A stretch of DNA of 64,000 nt from Eledone cirrhosa (Eukaryota), in NCBI GenBank assembly GCA_964016885.1, contig OZ024743.1, forward strand, positions 148,862,001 to 148,926,000, read 5' to 3'. Shown piece by piece: positions 24,534 to 37,049 of this stretch. The translations under genes were made by a program, and so were the position numbers. How positions within the stretch are numbered: the first letter of the stretch is position 1; the number at the start of each line of letters is the position of its first letter. The notes beneath the pieces are model-generated. The model ran no database searches. It was given only the letters and a program-made list of their open reading frames with translations, and was not told the origin of the DNA.

Positions 24534-25890
24534 GTGCTTCTGATTATTTACACAGAAAAGAGATGAAAGGTAATGCTGACCTTGGTTGAGTTTTAAACTC
24601 AGAGCTAGTTACTAAATACCACAAGGCAATTTTTTGTCCAGCAACTCAACAGGGGTGAAGATCCTGCCACTCCCACTTCACCACAGCTCTAGACTTATAA
24701 TGACAATAAGTGGGAGTTGGGAGAGGGAAAAGAGAAAGAAGGGTTATAATTATGGACATTAGGGAAAGAATAGAGCCATAAAAGGGGTGTGGGTGACAAA
24801 GAAAAAAAAACAACAAAAATGAGTTCAAAAAGAAGAAAAAAGAAAAAGAAAAGGGGGGAAGAGGAGGAGGAATCCCAGCAGTGCAATACAAAAACAGTAC
24901 TGTGTGTGAAATGTGAAAAAGAATGAAAATAAGAAAACCAAGCCAAAACTGCTTCCTTTACAAGCCAGCAGACTTAAAGGGGTTGATGTTATATAGAAAC
25001 AAAAGCTGGGTAAGGAACAGGAAGAGCCTCTGACTAAAGAGGCTATTGAAAGCTCCCAGCTGCTCTTTCCTTATTTACCTTCCTCCTTCTTTCTATAGCC
25101 TCCCTGCTGTAAGGGGGATGTGTCTGTAACAGTGAACTTCACACAAAAGCTGGTGTCATCAGTTACAGATATTATTGTTGTTGTTGTTTAGCCCCAGGTC
25201 AATTCTGATTGATCAGACCTATGATCAAAGTTGTTTGCATTCTCTCTCTCTCTCTCTGACTAATGCTGACCAACCTATACTTGATTTTTTTTTTTTTGGG
25301 GGGGGGGGCATCATATATCTATATATATATATCATATATTACACAATGGATCCTTACATTTTCAGATACTACTATGTAAAGTTAAAGGATATTTGGTTGG
25401 TGTTTTAGCTTACTGAGTGACCACATATAAACTTCCCCATTGTCTAGTTCAGTTAGAATAGTATTGACAGCTAATAGGAGGTAGGGAAAGAAGATTACAT
25501 TATGTTGTGGTTTAGTCCAGCAGTGGGGATGGGAGGAGATAAGTTAAAGGAGTATGGATTTTAGGATAGAGTAGGGTGGAAATGACCAAAGAACATGTAA
25601 GTATGGGAGCTGGACAAACAACCATCAATCATCAACCAGCCATCTCTACTACACCACTATTTTTTTTACTTCTTTCAGCCATGATTTCTTACTGATTTAA
25701 AGAATCAGAAACTACCAAGAATATTACTCAAAACATTCCTTTACATAAATACACATTCACACATATACACATACAAGAAAATAATACACACATACATACA
25801 CATATCCTATAGGACCCTCTGGAAGGCATGACTGAGGATTCTACCTGTACCACCCTTTCAAGAACAAGTAAATGAAGATATGTGTGTATG

Positions 25891-25954
<64 letters not shown>

Positions 25955-26053
25955 GGAGGAAATGTGGTAAGGAACCAGGTGGACCATAACGCACCAAAGT
26001 ACTCAATACTTAGGGTAGTAGAGTGGGTAATAGCCGTCAGGGTTCTACTCATT

Positions 26054-26092
<39 letters not shown>

Positions 26093-26123
26093 AAACTTTT
26101 TTCGCTCTAAATGGCTGAATACA

Positions 26124-26580
26124 ATAAATGTAATCTGAGTTTTTCGAATATTAATAATTGTTTCTACTTTTGGCACAAGGCCAGCAATTTCCCAGTGTAT
26201 TACTGGTACTTTATTTTATCGACCCCGTAAGGATGAAAGGCAAAGTTAACCTCAGCGGGATTTGAACTCACATTGCAAGGGCCATAACTCTATGCGTCAA
26301 AGCATGGCGTCCGACCCTCTACCGATACTGCCAATTCAATTTGTTTGCAACTATGCAAACAAGCCTCAATTTTATAGCCATATCAGTAGAATAAACACTT
26401 CATTCTTGCTTTTGTGTTGGCACATGAACAGAACTGCAGTACTGTTCACGTGCCAACACAAGAGCAAGAATGAAGTGTTCATTCTACTGATATGGCTATA
26501 AAATTGAGGCTTGTGTGCATAGTTGCAAACGAATCGAATGTTATTATTAATATTCGAAAAACTCAGATTACATTTATTAT
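26124..26580. repeat. Spacer-less palindrome (centre CTGCAG, 26434-26439) with a SINE S1 inserted in its left arm
   Basis: 26339-26436 pairs with 26437-26534, and 26124-26158 pairs with ~26543-26578. Confidence 0.92.
26157..26334 (-). mobile_element. SINE family S1
   Basis: Matches other copies. Confidence 0.9.
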
Positions 26581-26851
26581 ATATATAGTCACACACAAAC
26601 ACGTATATTACTTGCCTAATGTCCAGCCTTTACCACCCTTCTGTGACTGCTATATCATGTGATAATTCTCCTCCTGATAATATTTCACTGGTAGCAGTCA
26701 TTGAGGGGTCTGTTGATAAGCCAACAGCCCCGACAACCCTGGTGCACTTTAATTCCTCTCTGGCTGCATACAAGTCAGAGAAACTGTACAGTTGGGACTT
26801 TGAAGAAAAATATTTTGTCTAATTGCTCTTCACATTTATAATTTTATTATT

Positions 26852-27167
26852 ATGGCTTAGTGGTTAGAGCATTGGCCTTGCAATCGAAAGGTTGTGAGTT
26901 CAATTCTCAGACCAGGTGATGTGTTGTTTCCTTGATCAAGACACTTTATTTCACATTGCTCCAGTTTACTCAGCTGTAGAAATGAGATGATAGGGACTGG
27001 GGTCCCTATCATTCCACTGCAAAGTGGTCGTGGAGGTGCCATCAGCAAAAATGTAAAATGAAGCTGGTGTTAGGAAAGGCATCCAGCTGTAGAAATCAAG
27101 CCAGAATCAGTTCCTGTCCCATCCCTTGCAAGCAGGGAAAAGTGGACGTAAAATGATGATGATGATG

Positions 27168-27168
<1 letters not shown>
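26852..27168 (+). mobile_element. tRNA-headed SINE family S2 with conserved core and (GAT)n tail
   Basis: TGGCTTAGTGG A-box, GAGTTCAATTC B-box, CCTTGA.CAAGACACTT core; near-identical to 33130-33472. Confidence 0.9.
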
Positions 27169-27217
<49 letters not shown>

Positions 27218-27298
27218 GGTAAACAGAAATAACAACACAAACAGTACAGTATATGGAAGGAATATAATATTTTAACACTTGAAATAGCAGGAAGAGTG

Positions 27299-27334
27299 TC
27301 TTAACGTTTCGGATGCTGGTCCTTCATCAGAAGA
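27299..27334 (-). ncRNA. Ultra-minimal hammerhead, family G
   Basis: UCUU-CUGAUGA-A-GGA ccagca UCC-GAAA-CG-UU^AAGA. Flank 27210-27300 is homologous to 34350-34445. Confidence 0.7.
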
Positions 27335-29533
27335 AAGAATGAGAAATTAAAAAGATTGAATGGACTGGTAGAACAGAATAGAAAAAATTCATGTTGCCAT
27401 CTCTTGAAAAACCGTTGATGCTGGTGTTTTGTGTATGATATACTGTTTTAGAAAAGTGGATGAGGAAGAGTGTCCATCTGAAAGGGGGGAAAAAAACGTT
27501 TTGTATGCAGAGCTATATGTGTGCACGTGTGTGTATGTGTGTGTTATTATACGTCCATATGAAGTTAAGAGGATATGTGTATATGTAATTAAAAGAGTGT
27601 GTGCATATGTGCTTGTAAGTACAAAGCTGTGAGCAAAAGTATGTTAATATAAGGGAGTGTGTGTGTGTATACAGAGCTGTGAAGGGAAAAGTAATGGTGT
27701 GTGTGTGTATTTAGTCGCACATGTCCACATGCACATTGTATAAACCAATGAAAGAACCTCAATGCAAGTGTTTGATTTGATAAAGATAACAGTCAAAATT
27801 CACTCGAATCAAACACGAGTTTCTTAAAAAAGGAAGTACTCATTACATAATGTAATCCTAGATAGTCCTAAAATGATGGAATGGTACCATCTGGAGTAGT
27901 ATTGATAATAAATCACAGGTATGATGGTGAATAAGTTTCCAACTTCAATCTCACTGTGTAGCAACTTGAGAAAATGTCTTCTTTTATAGATTTATATGAT
28001 GACTAATAGTACCTTGGGAGTGGAATGTGGTATATAGAAATTGTGGGGACACCCGCATGTAAGTCATTCAGAGGTCTTGGCAATCGTTGAAAGCATTAAG
28101 CTTTGCTAAGGAGGTCAAATATTACTGAAACATGTCTGGTTTTGTCACCATACTTGTTAAAACCCAGATGCATTCTACCACCACCAGCAAAGGTGGTGGG
28201 GAGTGTATATATAATCAGATTAAATTCGAATTCTCTCTCATGTTTTATCCAGCTGATTAAGCTGTGGGATGCATCACCACTGGTGAAGTGTGTTTGCGGT
28301 AACACATTTTGTATTTGGTGCAAAAAGTATACATATTATTTTAATATGTATATGTACCTGAAAAAGGATTGTTTTTTTGTTTGTTATCATTGAGCTAATT
28401 CTGCATTATATTAAGATATGCCACTGTATATTAGCAAAGTATATAAACATCACAGAGATGATTACTCCTAGTTTTTAAAGCTTAGTTACCCTCAGTACTC
28501 CTAATTTCTGACTAAACCATAAAAATAACAAGTCTAAGACTACATAAAGTCTTTATTATTGGCTTGTTGTTGTTGCTGTTATCATTCTTGTTTTTTTGGA
28601 CAATACCAGTGGAAGGAAGCTGCAGTGGAAAAAGACCAAGAAAATACTGGTCAGGCATAGTTAAAGCAAATCTCAAAATGCTGAACCTCACAGAGGAGCT
28701 GATGAAAAATACTGCAAGTGGAGGGAGTTGGTGTTGGAAAGGATTTACCAAGCAAACATGGAAAAAACAGACATAAAATGATGATATCTGATCTTGCACT
28801 TCCTCAAAGCGCTCTTCATAAAATCCATATAGCAATTCTTTGACACATTAGCTAAAGGTTGTCCTTCTGTGAATAGTTGTATATACACATACACAAAGTT
28901 ACCATACAAACAGATAAACAATAAGTCAATAGAGACTGATAGAGATGGTCTGCATTGGCAAATGTTATACAGTGAAGTTCATGTACTTGGATAAATTCAG
29001 AAAATCTAAAATTTAGAAATGACTCTTCATCTAATAGATTTTGCTCTCTCTCTCTCTCTATCTCTCTCTCTGAGACACAACATATCAAACTCCTCTTCCC
29101 TCAACAATATACAAACTTATCCAAACATAGACACATGCTTATTTATAGATGCACATACACACACAGAGTGACCTATATACACACAAATAAACACACTTGT
29201 GAAAACTTAGCAACATTTCTGGTTTGAAAGTCTGATAAGAAAGAAGCTTCAGCTAAACCATCCTTCATGACTGCATGGCTGACTGACTTCAAAATGGAGA
29301 TGTTGTTATCCACATGTTATTTGCAGATGTGGCATCTTGAAGACATCTTGAAGCTTAAGAATTGGTTACATATTTCAGAGATCATTGATCCTGACTTGTT
29401 AGGTTTCACTTATTCTGGTGGGCAGTGGGGAAAACAGATTAACCACTAAGATAAATATTTCTTGATGTTTGATTCAGAAATATCAGTGTCTTATATACCT
29501 ACCTTATAAACTAGCATTATGTATGTGTATATA

Positions 29534-29732
29534 GAGGGCGGTGGATTGGTAGTATCGGTAGAGGGTCGGATGCCATGCTTTGCAGCATAGAGTTACGGCT
29601 CTTTATGATCTGAGTTCAAATCCCGCTGAGGTCACTTTGCCTTACATCCTTACGGAGTTGATAAAATAAAGTACTAGTTATGCACTGGGATATTTGCTGG
29701 CCTTGTGCCAAAACTATAAACAATTATTATTA
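29534..29732 (+). mobile_element. SINE family S1 with (ATT)n tail
   Basis: Matches other copies. Confidence 0.9.
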
Positions 29733-29973
29733 TCATTAGTAATAATAGTAGTTGTAGTAGTAGTACTGGGGTCAATTTAATCGACTTTCCCCCACCAAAA
29801 AATAATTGCTAGCCTTGTGCATATATAAGAAACCATTATGTATATGTATATATATACATGTGTGTGTGTATGAATGTATGTATGTATATATATAAGATAA
29901 GTTTACTCCAGGTTCATCGGGGGTAACCACAGTTAGTAAGGTACTCAATACAAACAGAGTATAAATATTTAAT

Positions 29974-30032
29974 ATCATCAGGAAGCCCTGATGATTTCTC
30001 CTGAATGAAACAGTTCTAGTCCTGTAGAAGCC
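29974..30032 (+). ncRNA. Hammerhead remnant at an inversion junction, family K
   Basis: CTGATGA...GAAA-CAG ttctagtc CT-GTA^GAAGCC. The stem-I 5' arm GGCTTC-CTGATGAT is present only as an inverted copy at 29974-29987. Confidence 0.6.
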
Positions 30033-30034
30033 TT

Positions 30035-30069
<35 letters not shown>

Positions 30070-30262
30070 AATAAAATTAAGAAAGATGCTGATGTATAAT
30101 AGTTTATTCGGTATAATTATTTCAATGGTTCCCTAATCGAATCCATGATGTAATGTATGCATTTGTTGTTTGTATGAAAATGGTATCTTTAGATGACAAT
30201 CTAATTTTGTGATATGCCTCAGGCAAAAAAAAAACACATCCTTCCTCTTGTATGCCTAGCTG

Positions 30263-30295
<33 letters not shown>

Positions 30296-30495
30296 AATAT
30301 ATATATAACTTATAGAATAACTTATGCAAAGTTACTGAATGGGTGGATTGTTAGTGAAGCCAACTAATACAAAAAAGCTTCACTCACATCTTTTCACTGA
30401 CTCAAGAATCAAGAAATAGCATTAACCATCTCAATAAATTAAGACAGGCAATATTGGAAGAAGAATTCTTTCTTCAAATTGTTTCTTTGAAAATA

Positions 30496-30740
30496 TAAGA
30501 ATAAATAATTGTTTCTACTTTAGGCACAAGGCCAGCAATTACCCAGTGCATTACTGGTACTTTATTTTATCGACCCCATAAGGATGAAAGGCAAAGTCAA
30601 CCTCGGCAGGATTTGAACTCAGATCCCGCCGAAGTTGACTTTGCCTTTCATCCTTATGGGGTCGATAAAATAAAGTACCAGTAATGCACTGGGTAATTGC
30701 TGGCCTTGTGCCTAAAGTAGAAACAATTATTTATTCTTGT
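30496..30740. repeat. Foldback duplication of a SINE S1 3' half plus flank
   Basis: ~30496-30614 is the reverse complement of ~30623-30740, including the non-SINE flank AAGAATAAATAAT. Confidence 0.92.
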
Positions 30741-32119
30741 ATTAGAATAAATATAAGAATAAATAATATTCATTTGTTAGTAAACGGAGTTCATCCTTAC
30801 TGATCCAATATGGTGTATAAAATTACTTACATGTGTAGATCAACTAAGTAAATATTTGTATATCATGGACAATATGACAGGTTCAAAGTGATGTTACTCT
30901 TTGAATCAATAGTTAAAGAGTAGCCAATATCAGAGAGAAGTTTATGTGTCACTAATATTCAAAACATCTCGATGAAAAGATAGCCAAAATATACCTAATT
31001 TAGAGAAGCATATACATCTAGAATAATGTGTGTCTTAATTTATTGTGATGGTCAATGCCGTTTCTTGATTCTCGAAACTGCGGAAAAACAGGGGAAAAAT
31101 GAGAGTAAAGCTTTCTTGTTGGGTTTACTAGCAATCTACCAATCTAGTAACTCAGGCAGTAAGTAATATGAGAGGACAGAAATTTGGTGAGGATGGAGCA
31201 ATCAACTATATCAAATATAGACACCACCACCACCATAAAAGCTTGTAATAAGCTCAGGCTGAATTTGAAATGTAGGCCACATTTCAGACTGCTCAACAAG
31301 GATCTTAGTAATCAGTGCAAAATACTTATGGTTCATGTATGGGGTATGGTTATATTCATGTGCATGTAAAGTACATTATATACTTACAAGTAACAGAATA
31401 GAATTATAAAAAACTTAAGGCCAGTAGGCCTCTTCAAGATGCTAGCCCACCTAGCCCCCAGCCCTCTCTTTTTCTGGTTTAGTCTGCCAATGACGTTCTT
31501 TCAGTCTCCAGAAGACAAGTGAGAGCAAAAATAACTCTTCTTGACCCATAAAATTTCTATAAAAAGTGGATAAATGGGACCACATTTGTGGATGTAATTA
31601 TGATATGAGATAGATTAGATTTTGCTGTTGACAGAGACAACTGAATGGGAAGTGTTTTATTTTTAATTCTGTACCTACATTTATGTAACTGAGATCTTAA
31701 GGATTTCAAAGAAGGAAAATAAGTTGTTGTTGTTATATATTTATATACATATATATTTAATTTTAAAATAGAATGTTTATTAAGCTGTAACACTTTCAAG
31801 ACTTTGATATCTAATAAAGGAAAGGATTATATATTGCTTTTACATTCTGTGATCAGTAGAATATGTATCAATAGTTGTTGTGGATACACAGGTTTGCTCT
31901 TATAAAAGATATTTCAGTTGTAACTTTCATGTTCTTTTACAACAAATATTTAGAACAAAACAACCTGATGTACCTTCTCCTTATTTTAAAATGATGTGGT
32001 AAGATTTGAGAGATATTTCGCAGTTATTTCTAGCAGATACAGTGACCATTTAGAGGCTCCCATGTAAACATCAGTAATGTACGGGTGATCGATATCATCA
32101 AGTCTACGTTTTTCCCAAA

Positions 32120-32830
32120 AGATGTGTAGCCTTGTGGCCTTCATTAACAGGTTCATTCATGAGGCGTCTTCGTTTTGGCCTGGATTATTACTCTTAGGAA
32201 GGAAGATGGGGGTGGGGGAAATACACCTCATTGAGTAGGAAATGACTTTTGAAGACTTGCAACCAAGATCATCTGTAAGTTTGTAAGTCTGTTGCACCTC
32301 AACTAGGCAAGGGACTCAGTTTGGTGCAGTTAGAGGTTGATGTGGTCAATGGGTGCGAATGGGCTGCCCACACCACTAGACAGTTATTTAATGACTGTCT
32401 TCCCAAGCTGGTGCCAAGTATTTCCAGGCCCTCTCACTATCAAGCTTGACATAAGAAATGCATTCAACAGTCTGCACCATGACCACTTGCTCAAAGCTTG
32501 CCTAAGCCATGCCCCATTCACCTACCCACTGGTCTACCTGTCATAGTGGTCTCTGAGCATGCTCTTCACAGCAGACTAGGTCATACCATCTTCAACCAGC
32601 ATCCAAAAGGGTATCCATTGGACCACTCCTCTTTGCTCACAAGATAGAAAAAATTGCTTGGAGCATCACTCCCCCATCGTAATGAATGGTACCTGGATGA
32701 TGCACTAATAGGTAGGCCCACAGAGAGTGCCTTTCATAATCTCCAATCAGTGGTTCCAACACTGGCAATGATGGCTTCAAGAATAACTCATCCAAGTCAG
32801 AGGTTGTAAATGTCAATTACGATGCAGAGG
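32120..32830 (+). pseudogene. Degenerate CRE-clade LINE RT fragment
   Basis: QL.V....GCEWAAH..R, IKLDIRNAFNSL, Q.G.PLGPLLFA, N.WYLDDA.IG motifs with stops. Confidence 0.75.
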
Positions 32831-33129
32831 GCTTCATGACCTGTCATGAACATGTGATCATTACTAAATTAAGTGCATATGACCTATAAATAAGGAACTG
32901 CTTTGCCATGGCTACAGCCAAGCATCTCTCCACACAGATCATGATGTCCTCAAGATCTGTGGGGAGAGATGGTTGTTACAAAAAAGCAGAGGTTACATTA
33001 ATTTTTCTTTAAAATCTATAAAAGAATAGTGCTTTTCCATTCTCTAATCTTGCCCTTCTCTCTCTGCCCCCCCCCCCTCTTTTGCTCTGTACCTCATATC
33101 TCTCCATATATATATATTGCACCTGAAGG

Positions 33130-33472
33130 CACATGGCTTAGTGGTTAGAACATTGGCCTTGCAATCGAAAGGTTGTGAGTTCAATTCTCAGACCGGATGA
33201 TGCGTTGTTTCCTTGAGCAAGACACTTTATTTCACATTGCTCCAGTTTACTCAGCTGTAGAAATGAGATGATAGGGACTGGGGTCCATATCATTCCATTG
33301 CAAAGTGGTCGTGGAGGTGCCATGGCAAAAAAGCACCCGGCACTCACTGTAAATGAGGTTGGTGTTAGGAAGGGCATCCAGCTGTAGAAATCAAGCCAGA
33401 ATCAGTTCCCGTCCCACCTTTGCAAGCAGGGAAAAAGCGGACGAAAAATGAAATAATGATGATGATGATGAT
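33130..33472 (+). mobile_element. SINE family S2
   Basis: Near-identical to 26852-27168. Confidence 0.9.
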
Positions 33473-33665
33473 ATATATACATACAATACAATGTAAATAC
33501 TGATATATAAAAGTATTGACTTGTTGACCCTAGTCCCTTGATGCAAAAAAGGTGCTAAAACACCCAGCGGAGAGGAACACATAAATATGTTATTGGTACA
33601 ACAATTTTAATATCTTGCACAAAAAACATAGAACATGAAATATTACTTTCATTATATTAACAACA

Positions 33666-33850
33666 GGGCGGTGGATTGGCAGTATCGGTAGAGGGTCGGA
33701 CGCCATGCTTTCCAGCATAGTTACGTCCCTTTACGATCTGAGTTCAAATCCCGCCGAGGTTGACTTTGCCTTTCATCCTTACGGGGTCGATAAAATGAAG
33801 TTCCAGTAATGCACTGGGTAATTGCTGGCCTTGTGCCTAAAGTAGAAACA
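33666..33850 (+). mobile_element. SINE family S1, full length, 15-bp TSD
   Basis: TSD ATTATATTAACAACA at 33651-33665 and 33851-33865. Confidence 0.95.
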
Positions 33851-33881
33851 ATTATATTAACAACATTTAATTATATATATA

Positions 33882-34205
33882 TTGGTGCATGGCTTTGTGG
33901 TTGGGGTATTCAGCTCACAATCGTAAGGTCAGGGGTTTCATTACCAGTGGCGCATTGTGACCTTCAGCAAGACACTTTATTTCACGTTGCTCCAGTCCAC
34001 TCAGCTGGAAAAAATGAGTTGTACCTGTAGTTTGAAGGACCAGTCTTGTCACACACTGTGTCATACTGAATCTCCCTCAGAACTACATAAATGGTACATG
34101 TGTCTGTGGAATGCTCAGCCACTTGCATGTTAATTTCACGAGTAGGCTGTTCTGTTCATCAGATCAACCAGAACACTCATTGTTATGACTGACGGAGTGC
34201 CCCCA
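33882..34205 (+). mobile_element. SINE sharing the S2 head and core with a different 3' part
   Basis: CAAGACACTTTATTTCAC.TTGCTCCAGT..ACTCAGCTG core. Confidence 0.7.
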
Positions 34206-34321
34206 ATATCCTAGAGATGGCAACATGAATAGACCTGTTATTTTGCTCTATAAATTTGTTTTCGTCTCTGCCACTGTCCGTCTCCTCAATCTTTCTATTT
34301 CTTCTGTAATTTATCATTCTA

Positions 34322-34356
34322 TTTTCTGATGAAGGCTACTGTCTGAAACGTTAATA
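34322..34356 (+). ncRNA. Ultra-minimal hammerhead, family G, stem I eroded
   Basis: TT-CTGATGA-AGGC tact GTCT-GAAA-CG-TT^AA. Confidence 0.6.
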
Positions 34357-34443
34357 CTCTTTTTCTACTATATCAAGCATAAAACTAATATATTCCTTCA
34401 TTGCATTGAGTCATTTGCTTTGTTATTTCTGTTTGCCTTTTGC

Positions 34444-34480
<37 letters not shown>

Positions 34481-35855
34481 CACATGTTATAGAGGTGTGT
34501 GTTCATGTTCCTTGGGTGGTGCTGCTCACATTTTTCCATTTCAGGGGGGGGGGGCTTATATATCCTACCTGTCTTAACTTTCAAAAGTTCATCACTCATT
34601 CAGTATTTATAAATATATATGACCTGCCTTCACATGTGCACATGTTAAAGCATACATCTAGTGTGCACTACTATCCCTGACCTCCCATTTCCATAAAATT
34701 CCAATGCCTTAACACCGCCTTGATCCACCTCTCACCTGATAAGTGCCATACTCTAGATCTACCTCTCCAATCCCCATGCACCTCTCCCACCCAAGTCCAC
34801 ACTGTAAATGGGTAGGCATTAGGAAGTGCATCCAGCTGTAGAAACCAAGCCAAAATCAATCCAGTGTGAGCAGGAGATGGTCATCTGCTCTGCCATAGCT
34901 CGCATTTGAACAACATGTCTAACCCATTGCTACCATAGGAAAATGGATGTTAAATATAAACAAATGTTTATAGGCATATATGCATACATATGCAAACAGA
35001 CATGTTAGTTTTTACAATCGTAAATGATATTGTAAACAATATTTTCATTAAGGAGTAATAAAAGAGAATAAAATCTACCCCTACCATTACTGTTACTGTA
35101 GCTATTGCAAATCCCACAACGAACTTTATATTTTTATTTCCCATTTCTTTTTTTTTTTCACACTGTAACAACTCATAATTTTGTCTATTTATTATTATCT
35201 ACTGAAGTCGCTACTGTTTTTGTTTTTGACACTGTTGTTGATTCTTTTGCAGCTTACGTTGTTGATGTTGTTATGTCAAGGTCAGCTTTGAGCAAATCTA
35301 TGATCAAAGACGTTCCAGAATGACCATCATGCCTTTTTTGTATCTTGACGACTACACTAGCCAATTTGATGCTTTTTTGTTAAAGGAAACCGATAGTAAT
35401 TGAGGGAAGCTGGCTACTATGTTTAGCAGGTTGAGCATAGAAGCTTTTTTCGTTGGCTTGTTGTTGATGTAACTGCAGCTGTTATCGTTACTATTCCTGT
35501 GCCTCTTGCTGTTGTTGTTGTGGTTGTTATAGTTGTTTTGCTGGTACATCTTTGGTAACTTTTATGGCTTCCCTACTTCTTGTGGCATCTTTATGGCTGC
35601 AAAGATTTGTAAGATGAGATGAGGATAAAAGCATGAATGATGCCATGACTATAGAGGTGTGATTTTTGGCCTACTTCCATTCTTGTGTCCGGAGCAGAGT
35701 AGCAGATTAGATGATAGGCAATTGTTATATTCTGTAGAAACGTTCCATATTAAGAAGGCTTTGAGATGAAAGTATTCATGTATTATTTTGCTTTCTTTCT
35801 TTCTGTCTCTCTCTCATTCTCTCCCTCTCTCTTTCACCCACTCTATCTAACAAAC

Positions 35856-35921
<66 letters not shown>

Positions 35922-36084
35922 TTTTCATTCTGCTTCAATACAATATATCTTGGATTAAAAAAATACGTGTTTGTTATATTATCAATGATTTCAGGATAAA
36001 GGATTGTTTGAGAGTGGAAGTGAGTTCTTTCTGAAAGCATCACTTTGCTTCTCACTAACCCAGCTACATACGCACACATAGACA

Positions 36085-36085
<1 letters not shown>

Positions 36086-36135
<50 letters not shown>
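36086..36135. repeat. (AAT)n microsatellite
   Basis: Direct reading. Confidence 0.97.
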
Positions 36136-36140
<5 letters not shown>

Positions 36141-37049
36141 TAACTATTTGTAAGAATTATGAATATGAATAATCAAGAATATTTTAGAATTGATAGCTGT
36201 TTTTATTTTATTTTATACTTTAAATTATTATATTTTTATCCTATTGTCATTTATATTACATTTATTTTATCTTATTTTATTCTATTTTTTTCTGTTTGAG
36301 ATTAATGAAGTGAAATAATTTGTTTCTTGAAATTTGAATCTCTTTAGTGAAGAACTGTTTTCAATAAACTCTCAACTGTTGCGGTCTATTGGGGAGAATA
36401 ACTCCTTGTGTGAGATAAAGAAAGAGAACAGAGAGAGAGAGGGAGATGTGAGTAGGCAGGAAGCAAAGAAGAAAGAGAGAGAAAGAGAGAAAAATAGAGT
36501 GCATGTGAGGGAAGTATTTTGTTAAGATTCCTATTGATTTCGAAAGATTCAGTCCAAGAGTTCAATTTCTTTAGAGAAAACAAAATATCTCCAGAAGAGA
36601 TAATTATATTCTTCATTAATTATATGGTTGTTGTTGTTGTTTAGGTCGACCAAGCAGATCCTCGACAAAAGGCATTCCATTCAATTTGTATTTATTTCAT
36701 GTAAACATGGGAAATAGATGTAAAACAATGACGATGGTGATGAAGACATGGGGTATCTATAACTACTTTAACTAAAGTGTAATTTGTTTTATTTTAAGAT
36801 AGAGTATGGATTAAGAGAGATTTTGCTGCTATTTATAACAATACAAGGGTCTTTCTTTAGAGAAGGTAAATAATTTTAGAAGAGATTTTTATACCCTGCA
36901 TTAATTATAGCAAAGTTATAGTTGTTGTTTAACCCCAGGTCAATTCAGATCAAGCAGACCTATGATTAATGACATTCAAACTATTACTAATATCATTTAT
37001 CACATCATAATATCTTAGAGATAGTTCTTGTCAGTATTTATATGTCGGA

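Noticed and set aside
25122-25170. Minus-strand CUGAUGA inside an 8-bp hairpin
   Set aside because: GAAG instead of GAAA and no NUH in register.
26600-26800. GC-richer stretch with an open minus frame and an AG acceptor-like site; possible host exon
   Set aside because: No recognisable protein, a stop precedes the better donor, and no partner exons could be linked. Needs RNA-seq.
28785-28880. Short open minus frame (EGQPLANVSKNCYMDFMKSALRKCKIR) after a CAG acceptor
   Set aside because: No donor site and no recognisable homology.
33666-33755. tRNA-like A/B boxes in SINE heads
   Set aside because: They continue into SINE bodies with TSDs; not tRNA genes.
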